Shown here piece after piece: positions 1-9,429 of a stretch of DNA of 64,000 nucleotides. The translations under genes and the position numbers were made by a program. The notes beneath the pieces were generated by a model that saw nothing but the letters and a program-made list of their open reading frames with translations, ran no database searches and was not told the origin of the DNA. Where the stretch lies: contig CBDCTZ010000016.1 of the NCBI GenBank assembly GCA_965222375.1, positions 1,440,001 through 1,504,000 of the forward strand, read 5' to 3'. Origin of the DNA: Polyangiaceae bacterium (lineage in GTDB: Bacteria; Myxococcota_A; Polyangia; Polyangiales; Polyangiaceae). Position 1 is the stretch's first letter; each line of letters begins with the position of its first letter.

Positions 1-1323
1 ATCGCCGAGGCCATGAAGACCGGCGTCTATCGCGACGTGGAGCATCGGGTAATTTGGCCCGACGGAAGCGTGCACTGGCTCTTCGCCAAGGGTGCACTGC
101 TTCGTGCGCCTGACGGTACGACCCTCAAGATCATCGGCGGCATCATCGACATCACCGAGCGCAAGCAACTCGAAGAGCAGTTGAGGCAGTCCCAGAAGAT
201 GGAAGCCGTGGGTCAGCTCGCCGCCGGAATTGCACATAACTTCAACAACTTGCTGATGGTCATCCTGCCTAACGTCGAGTTGGCGAAGAAGCATGCGACC
301 CCCGACGTATCCGCAAACCTCGACGCCATCGACAGGGCGAGTACGCGAGCTGCGGACCTAGTGCGGCAGCTGATGATCTTCACCCGCGCCAACGCCGCAG
401 CTGCGCCCCGCCGCCAGCCCCTGCTGCCCATCGTGCAGCACTGCCTTCAGATGTGCCGCAGCTTTTTCGACCGAAGCATCAAGATCGAGTTCGGGGACCC
501 CGTTGCAGCGCACGTTGTTGGGGATTCCACATTGCTGGAGCAATGTCTGCTGAACATCCTCTTGAACGCGCGGGATGCTCTTGCAGATTGTCCGGAGCCG
601 CGGGTTTCGATCGAGATGGACGTCGTCGATTCCGATGACCCTGAGGGCGCCGGGCCGCAGAATGCCCGCGGCGACCCTCGACGCCTGGCTCGAATCGCCA
701 TCAGCAACAGTGGCAAAGGGATGGACCCAGCGACACGGCAACGCGTATTCGAACCCTTTTTCACGACCAAGCCCGTAGGGCAGGGCACGGGGCTCGGGCT
801 GGCCACGACCTTCGCCATCGTCAAGGAGCACGACGGTTACATCGAGTGTCACAACCGGCCTGGGGGAGGTGTCACGTTTGTTTTGTGGCTACCGCTGGCT
901 GAGGGCGAGCCGAGGGAGGCATCGAGCGCTCCTCCCACGCGGCGGGGTGTTGCGGGGGTTGAGCATGTGCTGGTTGTGGACGACGAGCCCCTGGTGCGCA
1001 CGGTGTTGGAACGGGTGCTGACCTCTGCTGGCTACCGGGTGACCACCGCAGACAGCGGGCGCGCAGCCCTCGCGAGCTACGACCGCCCGGGGGCTTTCGA
1101 CCTCACGCTCCTCGACATGTCCATGCCCGGCATGCATGGTAGTGATGTGCGCACTCAACTCTTGGAACGAGATCCCGGCGCGAAGGTGATCTACATCACT
1201 GGCAACGCAGCCATGCTGGCGTCGGCGGGTGCGCCCGCACCCTTGCTAGAGAAGCCCGTCACCTCGCCGGTTTTGCTCGCCGCGGTTCGCCGAGCGTTGG
1301 GACAAGACGGGCAGTCAGACTAG
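1..1323 (+). CDS. Hybrid sensor histidine kinase (PAS/PAC-HisKA-HATPase-REC), 5' end outside the window
   Basis: PAC-like 'HRVIWPDGSVHWL...DITERK'; H-box 'QKMEAVGQLAAGIAHNFNNLL'; G-boxes 'FEPFFTTKPVGQGTGLGL'; REC 'VLVVDDE...LLDMSMPGM...KP'. Confidence 0.95.
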   Translation: MAEAMKTGVYRDVEHRVIWPDGSVHWLFAKGALLRAPDGTTLKIIGGIIDITERKQLEEQLRQSQKMEAVGQLAAGIAHNFNNLLMVILPNVELAKKHATPDVSANLDAIDRASTRAADLVRQLMIFTRANAAAAPRRQPLLPIVQHCLQMCRSFFDRSIKIEFGDPVAAHVVGDSTLLEQCLLNILLNARDALADCPEPRVSIEMDVVDSDDPEGAGPQNARGDPRRLARIAISNSGKGMDPATRQRVFEPFFTTKPVGQGTGLGLATTFAIVKEHDGYIECHNRPGGGVTFVLWLPLAEGEPREASSAPPTRRGVAGVEHVLVVDDEPLVRTVLERVLTSAGYRVTTADSGRAALASYDRPGAFDLTLLDMSMPGMHGSDVRTQLLERDPGAKVIYITGNAAMLASAGAPAPLLEKPVTSPVLLAAVRRALGQDGQSD

Positions 1324-1346
1324 TCACGCGGGCCGGGGGCTCCGGG

Positions 1347-3101
1347 CTAGATTGACAAGGAACCTTCGCGGAAGTTGCTCGAAGCCAAATGCACGTTGAT
1401 GCACACCGGCGTGCCCTTCTTCGCGAGCTGCTTCGCCTTGTCCAAGGTTTTGTCGATCTTCGCCGGGTCGGTGAGTAGGAAACCCTTGCCACCGTAGCCT
1501 TCTGCAACGACGTGGTAGTCCGTCTTGCGCAGCTCCGTGCCGACCGCGTCGCCCAATATGGTCACCTGGTCGCGCGCGATCTGTTGCCAGCTAGCGTCGT
1601 TGCCGATGACGGCGATGGGCGCGAACCCACTGCGTATATAGGTATCGAACTCAGCAAGACTGTACGCGCTGGAGCCATCACCGTAGAAGAGCCATACTTC
1701 GGCTTCCGGCCGCGCCGACGCAGCTCCGACGGCGAAGCCACCGCCGACGCCTAAGGTCCCGAACACGCCCGGGTCTAGCCAACTCAGTGGGGACCGCGGT
1801 CGGACGATGTAGGCGCCGGTGGCAACGAAGTCGCCGCCGTCCACGATCAGAACGCTGTCGTCTGCGATCTTCTCCTCGATACGTTGAAACAGGTGAACGG
1901 GGTCGACTAGGGGTCCCTTCGTGCGAGCGCCCTTCGAGATCTCATCGTCCCGGGCCTGCTCGCGATTCCGTAGGGCTTCGAACCAGCTGGTCCAGTCGCC
2001 GTTTGCGCTTGCGCGCTGCCCGAGCTGGACCAAAAAGTGCCCCGGGTGGGCTTGCACCGCGCGGGTCGGCCGGCGGTTCTTCTTGAGGGCGTCGGCGTCC
2101 AGGTTGACGCTGATGAGGTTCGCCTTCTTGTTTATCTTCTGGCCGTAGCCCATGCGAAAGTCGAAGGGGAAACCGGCAACGATCACCACATCTGCTTCCT
2201 TGAGCGCGGCGCCCCGCTTGTGTCGGAATTGGATCTCGTTGTGGCGACCAAGCAGGCCTCGCGAGGACCCGCCCAAGAACGTCGGCACTCCCAATTGGAC
2301 GACAGCCGTGGCCAACTCCTGCGCTCGTTCTGGGGTCAGGTTCACCATGGCCTGGTTGCCGACCACCAAGACTGGCCTTTCCGCACGACTCAACGCCTCT
2401 GCGACCTGCTCGACATGAGTTGCCACGTCGCCCCGGAAAGGGCTGCGCAGGGACGGCCAACCGGGGATCGGGATGTGTGGCATGTGGAACTGCTTCTTGA
2501 GGTAGCCCTTCATGGCTAGTTGTGCAGCAGCCCCAACCGGCCCCTTCATCTTGTCGACGCCGGACTCTTTCATGTACCACTCGGAGACGATCTCCTCCGG
2601 GTACAGCACGTCGACGGGGATCTCCAAGAACACCGGCCCCGGCACGCCCTCGCTAGCGGTGGCAAAGGCCTTCTCGAGCATTGGCACCAGGTCGCCGACC
2701 TTGTTGCAGCGCTCTGCCCATTTGGTGATGGTCTTCATCAGTGACAGCTGATCGATATCCTGGAGCGATCCTCGACCGCGCAACACCGTAGCGGTCGCGC
2801 CGCCGAGGATGATCATCGGCTGCTGGGCCTCGAAGGCGTTCTTCACGGCGGTCGTCGTATTGGTGACGCCCGGACCAGCCGTCACCGCACACACTCCGGG
2901 GATACCTGTCATTCGACTGGCAGCATCCGCCGCGAAAGCGGCCGTCACTTCGTCGCGAACGTCGACGACCTGGAGGCCGTGCATCTTTGCGCCAAGCAGA
3001 ATCGGAGATATGTGACCGCCGCACAGGTTGTAGAGGCATTTGACGCCGTGTGCCGCGAGCACTTCGCCGACGATGGATCCGCCGTGGGGGTGATCAGCCA
3101 T
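1347..3101 (-). CDS. ThDP-dependent enzyme, acetolactate-synthase-like / 2-hydroxyacyl-CoA lyase (ILVBL/HACL2-like)
   Basis: 'GGHISPIL', 'VRDE..AAFAADA', 'VTAGPGVTN', ThDP motif 'GDGS...IGNDASW'; start taken as the ATG at 3101 (MADHPHGG). Confidence 0.88.
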   Translation of the reverse strand: MADHPHGGSIVGEVLAAHGVKCLYNLCGGHISPILLGAKMHGLQVVDVRDEVTAAFAADAASRMTGIPGVCAVTAGPGVTNTTTAVKNAFEAQQPMIILGGATATVLRGRGSLQDIDQLSLMKTITKWAERCNKVGDLVPMLEKAFATASEGVPGPVFLEIPVDVLYPEEIVSEWYMKESGVDKMKGPVGAAAQLAMKGYLKKQFHMPHIPIPGWPSLRSPFRGDVATHVEQVAEALSRAERPVLVVGNQAMVNLTPERAQELATAVVQLGVPTFLGGSSRGLLGRHNEIQFRHKRGAALKEADVVIVAGFPFDFRMGYGQKINKKANLISVNLDADALKKNRRPTRAVQAHPGHFLVQLGQRASANGDWTSWFEALRNREQARDDEISKGARTKGPLVDPVHLFQRIEEKIADDSVLIVDGGDFVATGAYIVRPRSPLSWLDPGVFGTLGVGGGFAVGAASARPEAEVWLFYGDGSSAYSLAEFDTYIRSGFAPIAVIGNDASWQQIARDQVTILGDAVGTELRKTDYHVVAEGYGGKGFLLTDPAKIDKTLDKAKQLAKKGTPVCINVHLASSNFREGSLSI

Positions 3102-3332
3102 GGCGCCACTATGCGCCGACACCGCCCGGGATCCACGTCGAACTTGCGGAGTTCACAGCCTGGCTAGAAATCCCGGGTCTTCAAGCGCCAGCTTGGAACG
3201 GTGGGAGTCTCGGCCCCTCGGATCCGAGGCACGATCCAGGGGCACAGCCCGCGGCTCGGCGTGTCCGTCCCAAGCTGCCGTCGCACTCGACGTCTCCGGG
3301 GAAGCGGAGGGCTCCGCACGCGGCGCCTGGCT

Positions 3333-4398
3333 CTAGCCGCATCCAATCCGCGACTCCGCAATCGCGATGTCGTCGAACCAGCGCTTCAGGTCTTGGACCG
3401 CCCCGCTGTTCCAGTAGTTCTCCACGGAGATCAGATTGACGCCGTATTGCGTGTAGGTGCCGCGCCAGTCCAGATCCTTGCGGGACTTCTCCAGGTTCCC
3501 ATTGATCCAGAACTCGAATTGGCCATCTTTTTGGCCGGGGGTGTTCAGTTTCACGTGGCCTTCGACGCACTGCCATTTTCCGGATAGCGCCTTGGAGAAC
3601 AGGGGTGTCGTGCCTTTCATTTGGCCGAGCCACTTCAGGTTCCCAAAGTCGTTGTATTTGTTGCACGCCACCGACCCGCCGTTGACGCATGTGGCGGGGT
3701 CACCCAGTAGCTGTACTCCGGACGACCACAAGTGGGCGATCATTGCCTGGCCCCAGTTGCTCTTCGCGAACGAAGTGGCACGCATCAGCTTTGCGGGGCC
3801 GACGTCAGGCCATCCTTGCTGGTGCTTCACCCGTAGCCGCCACCACACCTCTGTGAAGTCTTCCGTGGCGCGGTAGTGAGGCTTGCCTGAGCCGACGATG
3901 GGGTTTCGCCCGAACGCGATGCTCACCCACCCCGCTCCGACCTCGCCTTTTTGGTAAGACGCTTCCAGGGCGTGGGTGCCACTGACGCCTTCGCCGGACA
4001 CGACCTTGAGGTCACCATTGTCGTCGTTGTGCTCGAAGAAGACCTTTTTGGTATCCGAGATGTTCTCGAAGTCCTCGCAGAAGATCCAATCGCTCGGAAG
4101 TGGTGAAGGGCACCCTTGCTGAGCCGTGCCACCGCTACCAGCGCTGCCACCGCTCGCTGAGCCCGCCACGCCTCCCGTGCCGACCTCCGCCGGCGCCGGC
4201 GGAACTGCCCCCGGACCCGCCCGTCGTCGTGGTTCCGGCTGCTCCACCACTGGATGTGCTGCCACCCGTGGCGGTCGTTCCTCCGACACCGCTTCCTGAT
4301 GCACCTCCAGTTGCGTCGTCAGCCGGCGAATCGTCACTGGAGCCGCAGCCAAGGAAAGCAATGCACAGCGCGGCGGTAAGGGGTGTTCGATGGGACAT
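3333..4398 (-). pseudogene. Frameshifted lipoprotein with Gly-rich linker and polysaccharide-lyase/LamG-like beta-sandwich domain
   Basis: Signal peptide and lipobox 'MSHRTPLTAALCIAFLGC' are in one frame (ORF 4135..4488). The domain 'WIFCEDFE...EVWWRLR...GKWQCVEGHVKLNTPGQKDGQFEFWING...WFDDIAIAESRIGC' is in another (ORF 3333..4361). The frame switches at about 4183, inside the Gly linker. Confidence 0.8.
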
Positions 4399-4478
4399 GG
4401 GACTACTTTCTGGGTGCTTTCGCGGGTGGAACCCCGCGCTTGCGAGGTCGCAGCAACCGCGAGCGTCCGACAGCCCCA

Positions 4479-4494
4479 CGCAAGTCACGTGCCT
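4479..4494 (-). promoter_or_regulatory. sigma54 (-24/-12) promoter of the 3333..4398 lipoprotein gene
   Basis: Minus strand reads AGGCACG-TGAC-TTGCG (GG-N10-GC; consensus TGGCACG-N4-TTGC). Confidence 0.75.
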
Positions 4495-4545
4495 AGCTCA
4501 AAGCCCGAGCTATCTGCAGCTCCGGCACACGATGGCGAACGGTTG

Positions 4546-4573
4546 GTTCGCGGCGCGGTGCGACACCGCGAAC
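4546..4573. promoter_or_regulatory. Palindromic candidate enhancer (UAS) midway between two divergent sigma54 promoters
   Basis: CGCGGTG-CGA-CACCGCG (4554-4570), plus outer GTTCGCGG...CCGCGAAC; centre 4562 is about 66-69 bp from each GG. Confidence 0.55.
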
Positions 4574-4626
4574 GGAGTGATCGCACTGGTCCTGCATCGC
4601 GTGGGCAGATCCTCGACATACGCGAC

Positions 4627-4642
4627 AGGCACACGTTTCGCA
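4627..4642 (+). promoter_or_regulatory. sigma54 (-24/-12) promoter of the 4656..5601 lipoprotein gene
   Basis: AGGCACA-CGTT-TCGCA (GG 4628-29, N10, GC 4640-41). Confidence 0.6.
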
Positions 4643-4655
4643 TGGCGCCCCGGGC

Positions 4656-5601
4656 ATGCGACGTTTCACGAGGTTCGGTTCGCTTGGCGGAGTCACCCTC
4701 ATGCTGCTTGCATTGGCGATAGGTTGTGGCTCGGATGACGCTTCCGGTGGCTCCGGCTCCGGGGGCGGTGCAGGCACGGCCGGCTCTAGTGGCGCGGGCA
4801 CTGGCGGCAGCGCGTCGGGCGGGGCGAGTGGCAGCGGCGGCGGGAGCGCCGGGGTGGGTGCGACCGGCGGAGGCGCGGGGGCGGCGGGCAGTTCGGGCGC
4901 AGCTGGCTCCGGAGGCGGTGCGGGAGCGTCGAGCTTCGCTCCGTACTTCGCTGACGACTTCGAAAGCTACGCCGACGGCGCGTCCCTCAGTGGGAACAAG
5001 CCTTTTGGTGCCGCGGGCCGCACGGTGGCGACTACTGCGGAAGCGGTATCGGGCAAACAGTCTGCCAAGATGGAAATCAAGACCGAAGACAAGGGCGGCT
5101 TCGGCAAGTGGGTTCACGGCGTTTCCGTTCATGAAGTTCCTGCGCCTCCACAACGAGGAATCCGATGGCGCGAACGGCGGCTACAACGACCTGTACGTGA
5201 ACAACGCCGACGGCACTACCAAGGTGCTGCAAACCATCAAGGAAAAGCACGACAAGTGGGCATACTACGACGGACCGAGCCTCCCGCGTGACACCTGGGA
5301 GCGTTATGAGATGTACTTAGCCATCGATGACCAGACCGTCGACGACGGGGGTAGCGCCCGGGTGCGGATCTGGCGTGATGACGAACTCATATTCGACCGC
5401 ACGAATGTTCCAACCCTGTCAGGCCCCGGGGGAACAATCGACTCGTTCTATCTCTTCACGTACTGGAACTTCGGGAACGGAACGACATCGAAGCCGGTCC
5501 CCAACAATCACTGTTACGTGGATGACCTAGTCATTGCCACGAGCGCGAGCCCGCCACCCAACAAGGACAGCGCCGGGAATGCCTACATCGGCAAGTGGTA
5601 G
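4656..5601 (+). pseudogene. Frameshifted, probably internally deleted, lipoprotein with polysaccharide-lyase/LamG-like domain
   Basis: Lipobox 'LALAIGC', Gly linker and 'FADDFESY...GGFGKW' are in frame 4656. 'FTAFPFMKFLRLH...WERYEMY...RVRIWRD...YVDDLVIAT...IGKW' is in frame 4726. The junction is at about 5112. Confidence 0.8.
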
Positions 5602-5621
5602 GTCGCACAACGGCTTCCACC

Positions 5622-5646
5622 ACTTATATGCACTGTGCATATAAGT
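5622..5646. repeat. Perfect AT-rich inverted repeat between convergent genes (possible bidirectional terminator or operator)
   Basis: ACTTATATGCAC-T-GTGCATATAAGT. Confidence 0.8.
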
Positions 5647-5649
5647 CCT

Positions 5650-6762
5650 TCACCAGCGAATGTAGGCGTCGTCCACCCAGATGAAGGTTCCGTCAGTGGG
5701 CGCCGTGCCGACGAACATGACTTCTTTTAGAGGTTGCGCCGAGAAGGTCGCAAAGTCGAGCTTCACGCCAGACTTGAAGTACTGCCTGAGCGGGATCTGG
5801 ATCTTGTGAAACTGGTCATCCGCCGGAATCGAGAAAGGATGGAACCTCCAGCGTGTTCCGGTCCCGGTTCCGACTTGTAGCCAACTTTCGGACCACCACA
5901 GCGGCGCAGCGCTGTTGCTCTTCACGTAGAATTCGACATAAGCGTCGCTGAACTCACCCTCGGAAATCGGCGCAGACAACGTCGTGCCCGACCATCGCAT
6001 GTTGAAAAAGCACGAGCCGCTGCAGGCTGGGCTCCGCATGCAGCTGCCGGCTTTGCAGCCCGCGGTCACTTCCGTGGCATCCAGTGGGAACGAGCCGGGC
6101 GGTTGAGTGTCCGCATACAGCTCGAAGGCGCCGCCCTTGGGCTGTGTTGTCATTGGTGCAGACGCCGCCGGCGATGTGAACGCACAATCCTGGGTGTCAA
6201 TTGCGCGCAAGACGCCAGTGTAGAGCTTGCCTGGGGAGAGACCCGCTGTCGCGGTGGCCATCGTGAAGTCAACCCCCGAGTTTGGCTGCACGTACACGCC
6301 GAGTTCTGGGTTGGTCGTTCCGTCGTAGGTTTTGGGCGACTCGCCGGGCGTGCTGACCTCGAGTTCGTAGGTCTTGAACTGGTCCTTGGCAGCGACTGGC
6401 GACAGAGGCTCCCATTCCCAACGGATCGCCTCCGGGGTGGCCCAAGCAGCCTTGAAGTTCTTGAAGGTGATGGCCGGTGTGCAGCTGGCCCCGCCCGACC
6501 CTCCAGCGGCGCCGCCACTGCCAGCCGCGCTTCCGCCCGTGCCGCTGCCACCGACCCCACCGGCTCCGGCGCCCCCGGTCGCGCCGCCGCAAGCAGAGCC
6601 CGGCGTGGTGCCAATGGGTACACAGACTTGGCACACCGTGTCGCATTCGTAGTCGGCCGCGGGGCAAGGACACGCCTTGCCGGTCAGGTCGATGTCTTCC
6701 TTCCCGCAGGCCTGCAGCGCCAAGATCGCAGCTGCCGCCAGCAGGGCTCGCGTAAAGCTCAC
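5650..6762 (-). CDS. Lipoprotein: Cys-rich N-terminus, Gly linker, FN3-like domain, C-terminal carbohydrate-binding-like beta-sandwich
   Basis: Lipobox 'LALQAC'; 'ATPEAIRWEW...AGLSPGKLYTGVLRAID' (FN3-like); 'YVEFYVKS...FHKIQIPLRQY...IWVDD' (CBM11/CIA30-like); overlaps the upstream stop by 4 nt. Confidence 0.7.
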   Translation of the reverse strand: MSFTRALLAAAAILALQACGKEDIDLTGKACPCPAADYECDTVCQVCVPIGTTPGSACGGATGGAGAGGVGGSGTGGSAAGSGGAAGGSGGASCTPAITFKNFKAAWATPEAIRWEWEPLSPVAAKDQFKTYELEVSTPGESPKTYDGTTNPELGVYVQPNSGVDFTMATATAGLSPGKLYTGVLRAIDTQDCAFTSPAASAPMTTQPKGGAFELYADTQPPGSFPLDATEVTAGCKAGSCMRSPACSGSCFFNMRWSGTTLSAPISEGEFSDAYVEFYVKSNSAAPLWWSESWLQVGTGTGTRWRFHPFSIPADDQFHKIQIPLRQYFKSGVKLDFATFSAQPLKEVMFVGTAPTDGTFIWVDDAYIRW

Positions 6763-7646
6763 AGGCTGCCCCCCAGGCTGACGCCCGTTGGCGCGAGGGT
6801 GAGATTCAAGGCACTCGACTTCTCCGCGGAGGAGCCACCGCTCAGCAGCACCCAGGTGAGCCCGCCGGCAACGACGACGCCCCCTGCGATCATCGCAATG
6901 TTGCCCACGGTCGTGAAGGTGTCCCCCGTCTTGCGTGAGTCGTCTGCGGCCTGGCCTGTTTCCGCGCCTCGAGCGTCGTCATACTTGCCGCGTGACAGCA
7001 CCCCAAATATCGCGCCCGTTGCAACTGCAGCGGTGCCGACTCCCACGACCAGCCAAGGCGCGATGCTGCCCGAGGGCTCCACGGCTGCTGCGGACGTGCC
7101 CTTGCCCTTCCCTGGAGGCGCTGGGCGACGTAACTCTGCGATCTTCGCCTCGATCTGTCCGCGATCGCCGGCGTCGGGCGCTAGCTCCAAGTAGCGCTGG
7201 TACTTCGTGATCGCTTCCTTGCGCTTGCCCGCGCTTTCTGCGCGCTCCGCGGCTAGGCGCGCTGCGGTTGCTTTCTGGCTCTCGCGTTCGCGCAACTGCT
7301 TCTCCAGCACCGTGATGCGCCCAGCCACGACGTCTCGGTTGCTGGCCTGTGGATCCTTGTCCAGATACTCGCGATAACCGTCAATCGCCTTCTGCCAGTT
7401 CCCCAACCCCTCCTCCGCCTTCGCGATGTTGTACAGCAAGCGAGGATCTTGCTTGATCGCATATGCCTCTTTGAGCAGCTTGATGGACTCCTGGAGCTGC
7501 CCATCGCCATAGGCCGCAGTGGCCTCCTTCACCAACTGGCTAAAGCGGGCCTTGTCTGCCTTGCTGTTCTGGCCCAGGGCGGGGGCACTGACACAAACGC
7601 CGGCAAGAGCCACAGCGGCAACAAGAGGACCGAGACGGTCAAGCAT
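6759..7646 (-). CDS. Exported TPR protein with C-terminal hydrophobic hairpin
   Basis: Signal peptide; TPRs 'AYAIKQDPRLLYNIAKAEEGLGNWQKAIDGYREYL'; two Gly-rich hydrophobic segments; terminal 'LNLTLAPTGVSLGGSL'. Confidence 0.85.
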   Translation of the reverse strand: MLDRLGPLVAAVALAGVCVSAPALGQNSKADKARFSQLVKEATAAYGDGQLQESIKLLKEAYAIKQDPRLLYNIAKAEEGLGNWQKAIDGYREYLDKDPQASNRDVVAGRITVLEKQLRERESQKATAARLAAERAESAGKRKEAITKYQRYLELAPDAGDRGQIEAKIAELRRPAPPGKGKGTSAAAVEPSGSIAPWLVVGVGTAAVATGAIFGVLSRGKYDDARGAETGQAADDSRKTGDTFTTVGNIAMIAGGVVVAGGLTWVLLSGGSSAEKSSALNLTLAPTGVSLGGSL

Positions 7647-7758
7647 GGCCCGCAAGTCTAGCGCATCAAGTTCGAGCGCAAAGCCTGGTTTTCTACGCCA
7701 TGAGGACGGGGCGAAAAGAACGCTGCCATGCGAAGGGAGCCGCCCCTGACCAAGTCGC

Positions 7759-9345
7759 TCAGAACAACGGGACTTCGTCGGATGGTTTCGGCTTGTCCGG
7801 CTTGGCGCGTGGCGACTTACTCCTGGGCAGAGGCACGAGCGCCAAATCGAAGCTGCGCGCTTGATCCGGAATCACGCTCCTTTCGAGAGGCTCGAAGCCG
7901 CGGTATTCGATCTTCAAATCCCGCGCGGAATCCGACCGGTCGACACTGAGCGACAGAGGCGTCTCTCCCTGCTTCTTGCCGTCTAAGAAGACGGCTGCGC
8001 CACTGGGTCGCGATGCGATGCTGAGCACGATCTGCTCAACCTGCTTGGGCAGGTTAGAAGCTGCGGGTGGGCTCGATGCTGCTGGCGGCGCCGCCGCGAT
8101 GGTTGGGGCGGACGAAGGCGTCGCCCCAGCGGTTTCACTGGAAAGCGCCGGCGCGCTCTGCAGACGGGCAAACACGAAGTAGGTGGCCCCAGCCAGGACT
8201 GCGAGCGTGAGCATCGCTGCCAAAACGCGCCCGGTTTTTCCGCGCGGCGTCTCTGGCTCTGCTGCTTCGGCCGTGCGCGAGACCCGCTTGGAGCTGACCC
8301 ATTCGGTGACATCCGGAAGCTCCACGCCGGAATCGGCATCGTTGGCTGGGATGTGCGTGGGCTCGCCCCCGGAGCCGACGCGCCGCAACATCTCTTCCTT
8401 CTCCGTAATACGGTCGTGAAAGGCGTTCTGCATGAGGCGCGCAACGGATTCTGCCGGTTCGTCTCCCGCACCCAACTCGCGAGCGGCAGCAAGCAAGTCT
8501 CGGCGCATCTCGGCGGCCGTCTGGTACCGTTCGTCGGGCTTCCGAGCCAACGCTTTGAATACGATGCGCTTGAGCTGCTCTGGGTAGCCGTCGATGACCT
8601 GGCTCGGCTCCACAAGAGGTAGCTCGCAGATCGCCTTGAAGGTCATCAACTGGTTTTCACGTTTGAATAGTCGCCGATTGGTCGTCAGCTCGAACAGCAC
8701 CACGCCGAGGGAGAAGATGTCCGAGCGTCGGTCCAGGGGCTTGCCCAGGCATTGCTCAGGCGACATGTATTGAAACTTGCCCTTGAGTTCGCCCACCGCG
8801 GTTTCCGAGCTGCGGTCCGACGCCTTGGCTATGCCGAAATCCAGGAGCCGCACGCCACCGCCGTAGAGCACGAAGACGTTTTGGGGTGATACGTCTCGGT
8901 GAACCAAGTCGAGGGGGAAGCCTTCGGCGTCCTTGAGCTCATGGGCTGCGTGCAGCCCCGCGCAGGCTTCGGCCACCAAGTACGCCGCGAGGGCGTAGGG
9001 CACGAATTCGCCCTTGCCCACGAAGCGCCGCAGGATGCCCGCGACGCTTTCGCCCTCGAGATACTCCATGACCAAGAAGAGCTCGCCGTCCGCCTCCCCC
9101 AGCTCGTGCACCTGCACGACGTTCTGGTGGCGAATGCGGGCAACGAGGCGAGCCTCGTCCAAGAACATGGTGGAGAACTCGGAAGTGTGCGCGAGGTGGG
9201 GCAAGATGCGTTTGACGACTACCGGGCGCTCGAAGCCGCTGGGGCCCGTCAACCGCCCGAGCAGGATCTCTGCCATGCCGCCCTTGGCCAACCGCCCCAC
9301 GACTTCATAGCGGCCGATTCGCTCTGGAAGTGGCGGTAGAGCCAT
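7759..9345 (-). CDS. Membrane Ser/Thr protein kinase with periplasmic PEGA domain
   Basis: 'LAKGGMAEI', 'VVVKRI', 'HRDVSPQN', 'DFG', 'YMSPEQ'; TM segment 'VLAAMLTLAVLAGATYFVF'; PEGA 'SRPSGAAVFLDGKKQGETP'. Confidence 0.95.
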   Translation of the reverse strand: MALPPLPERIGRYEVVGRLAKGGMAEILLGRLTGPSGFERPVVVKRILPHLAHTSEFSTMFLDEARLVARIRHQNVVQVHELGEADGELFLVMEYLEGESVAGILRRFVGKGEFVPYALAAYLVAEACAGLHAAHELKDAEGFPLDLVHRDVSPQNVFVLYGGGVRLLDFGIAKASDRSSETAVGELKGKFQYMSPEQCLGKPLDRRSDIFSLGVVLFELTTNRRLFKRENQLMTFKAICELPLVEPSQVIDGYPEQLKRIVFKALARKPDERYQTAAEMRRDLLAAARELGAGDEPAESVARLMQNAFHDRITEKEEMLRRVGSGGEPTHIPANDADSGVELPDVTEWVSSKRVSRTAEAAEPETPRGKTGRVLAAMLTLAVLAGATYFVFARLQSAPALSSETAGATPSSAPTIAAAPPAASSPPAASNLPKQVEQIVLSIASRPSGAAVFLDGKKQGETPLSLSVDRSDSARDLKIEYRGFEPLERSVIPDQARSFDLALVPLPRSKSPRAKPDKPKPSDEVPLF

Positions 9346-9429
9346 TAGAGCCAGAGCGTACTCCAGCTCAGTAGGTCGGACAACTCAGCCGAACTACGGC
9401 GCCCCGCGCAACCGTTTAGCGGCTGAGCA

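Noticed and set aside
3216..3229. Perfect 14-bp palindrome CCTCGGATCCGAGG upstream of the ThDP enzyme
   Set aside because: GC-rich and isolated, with no supporting promoter or second copy; may be chance
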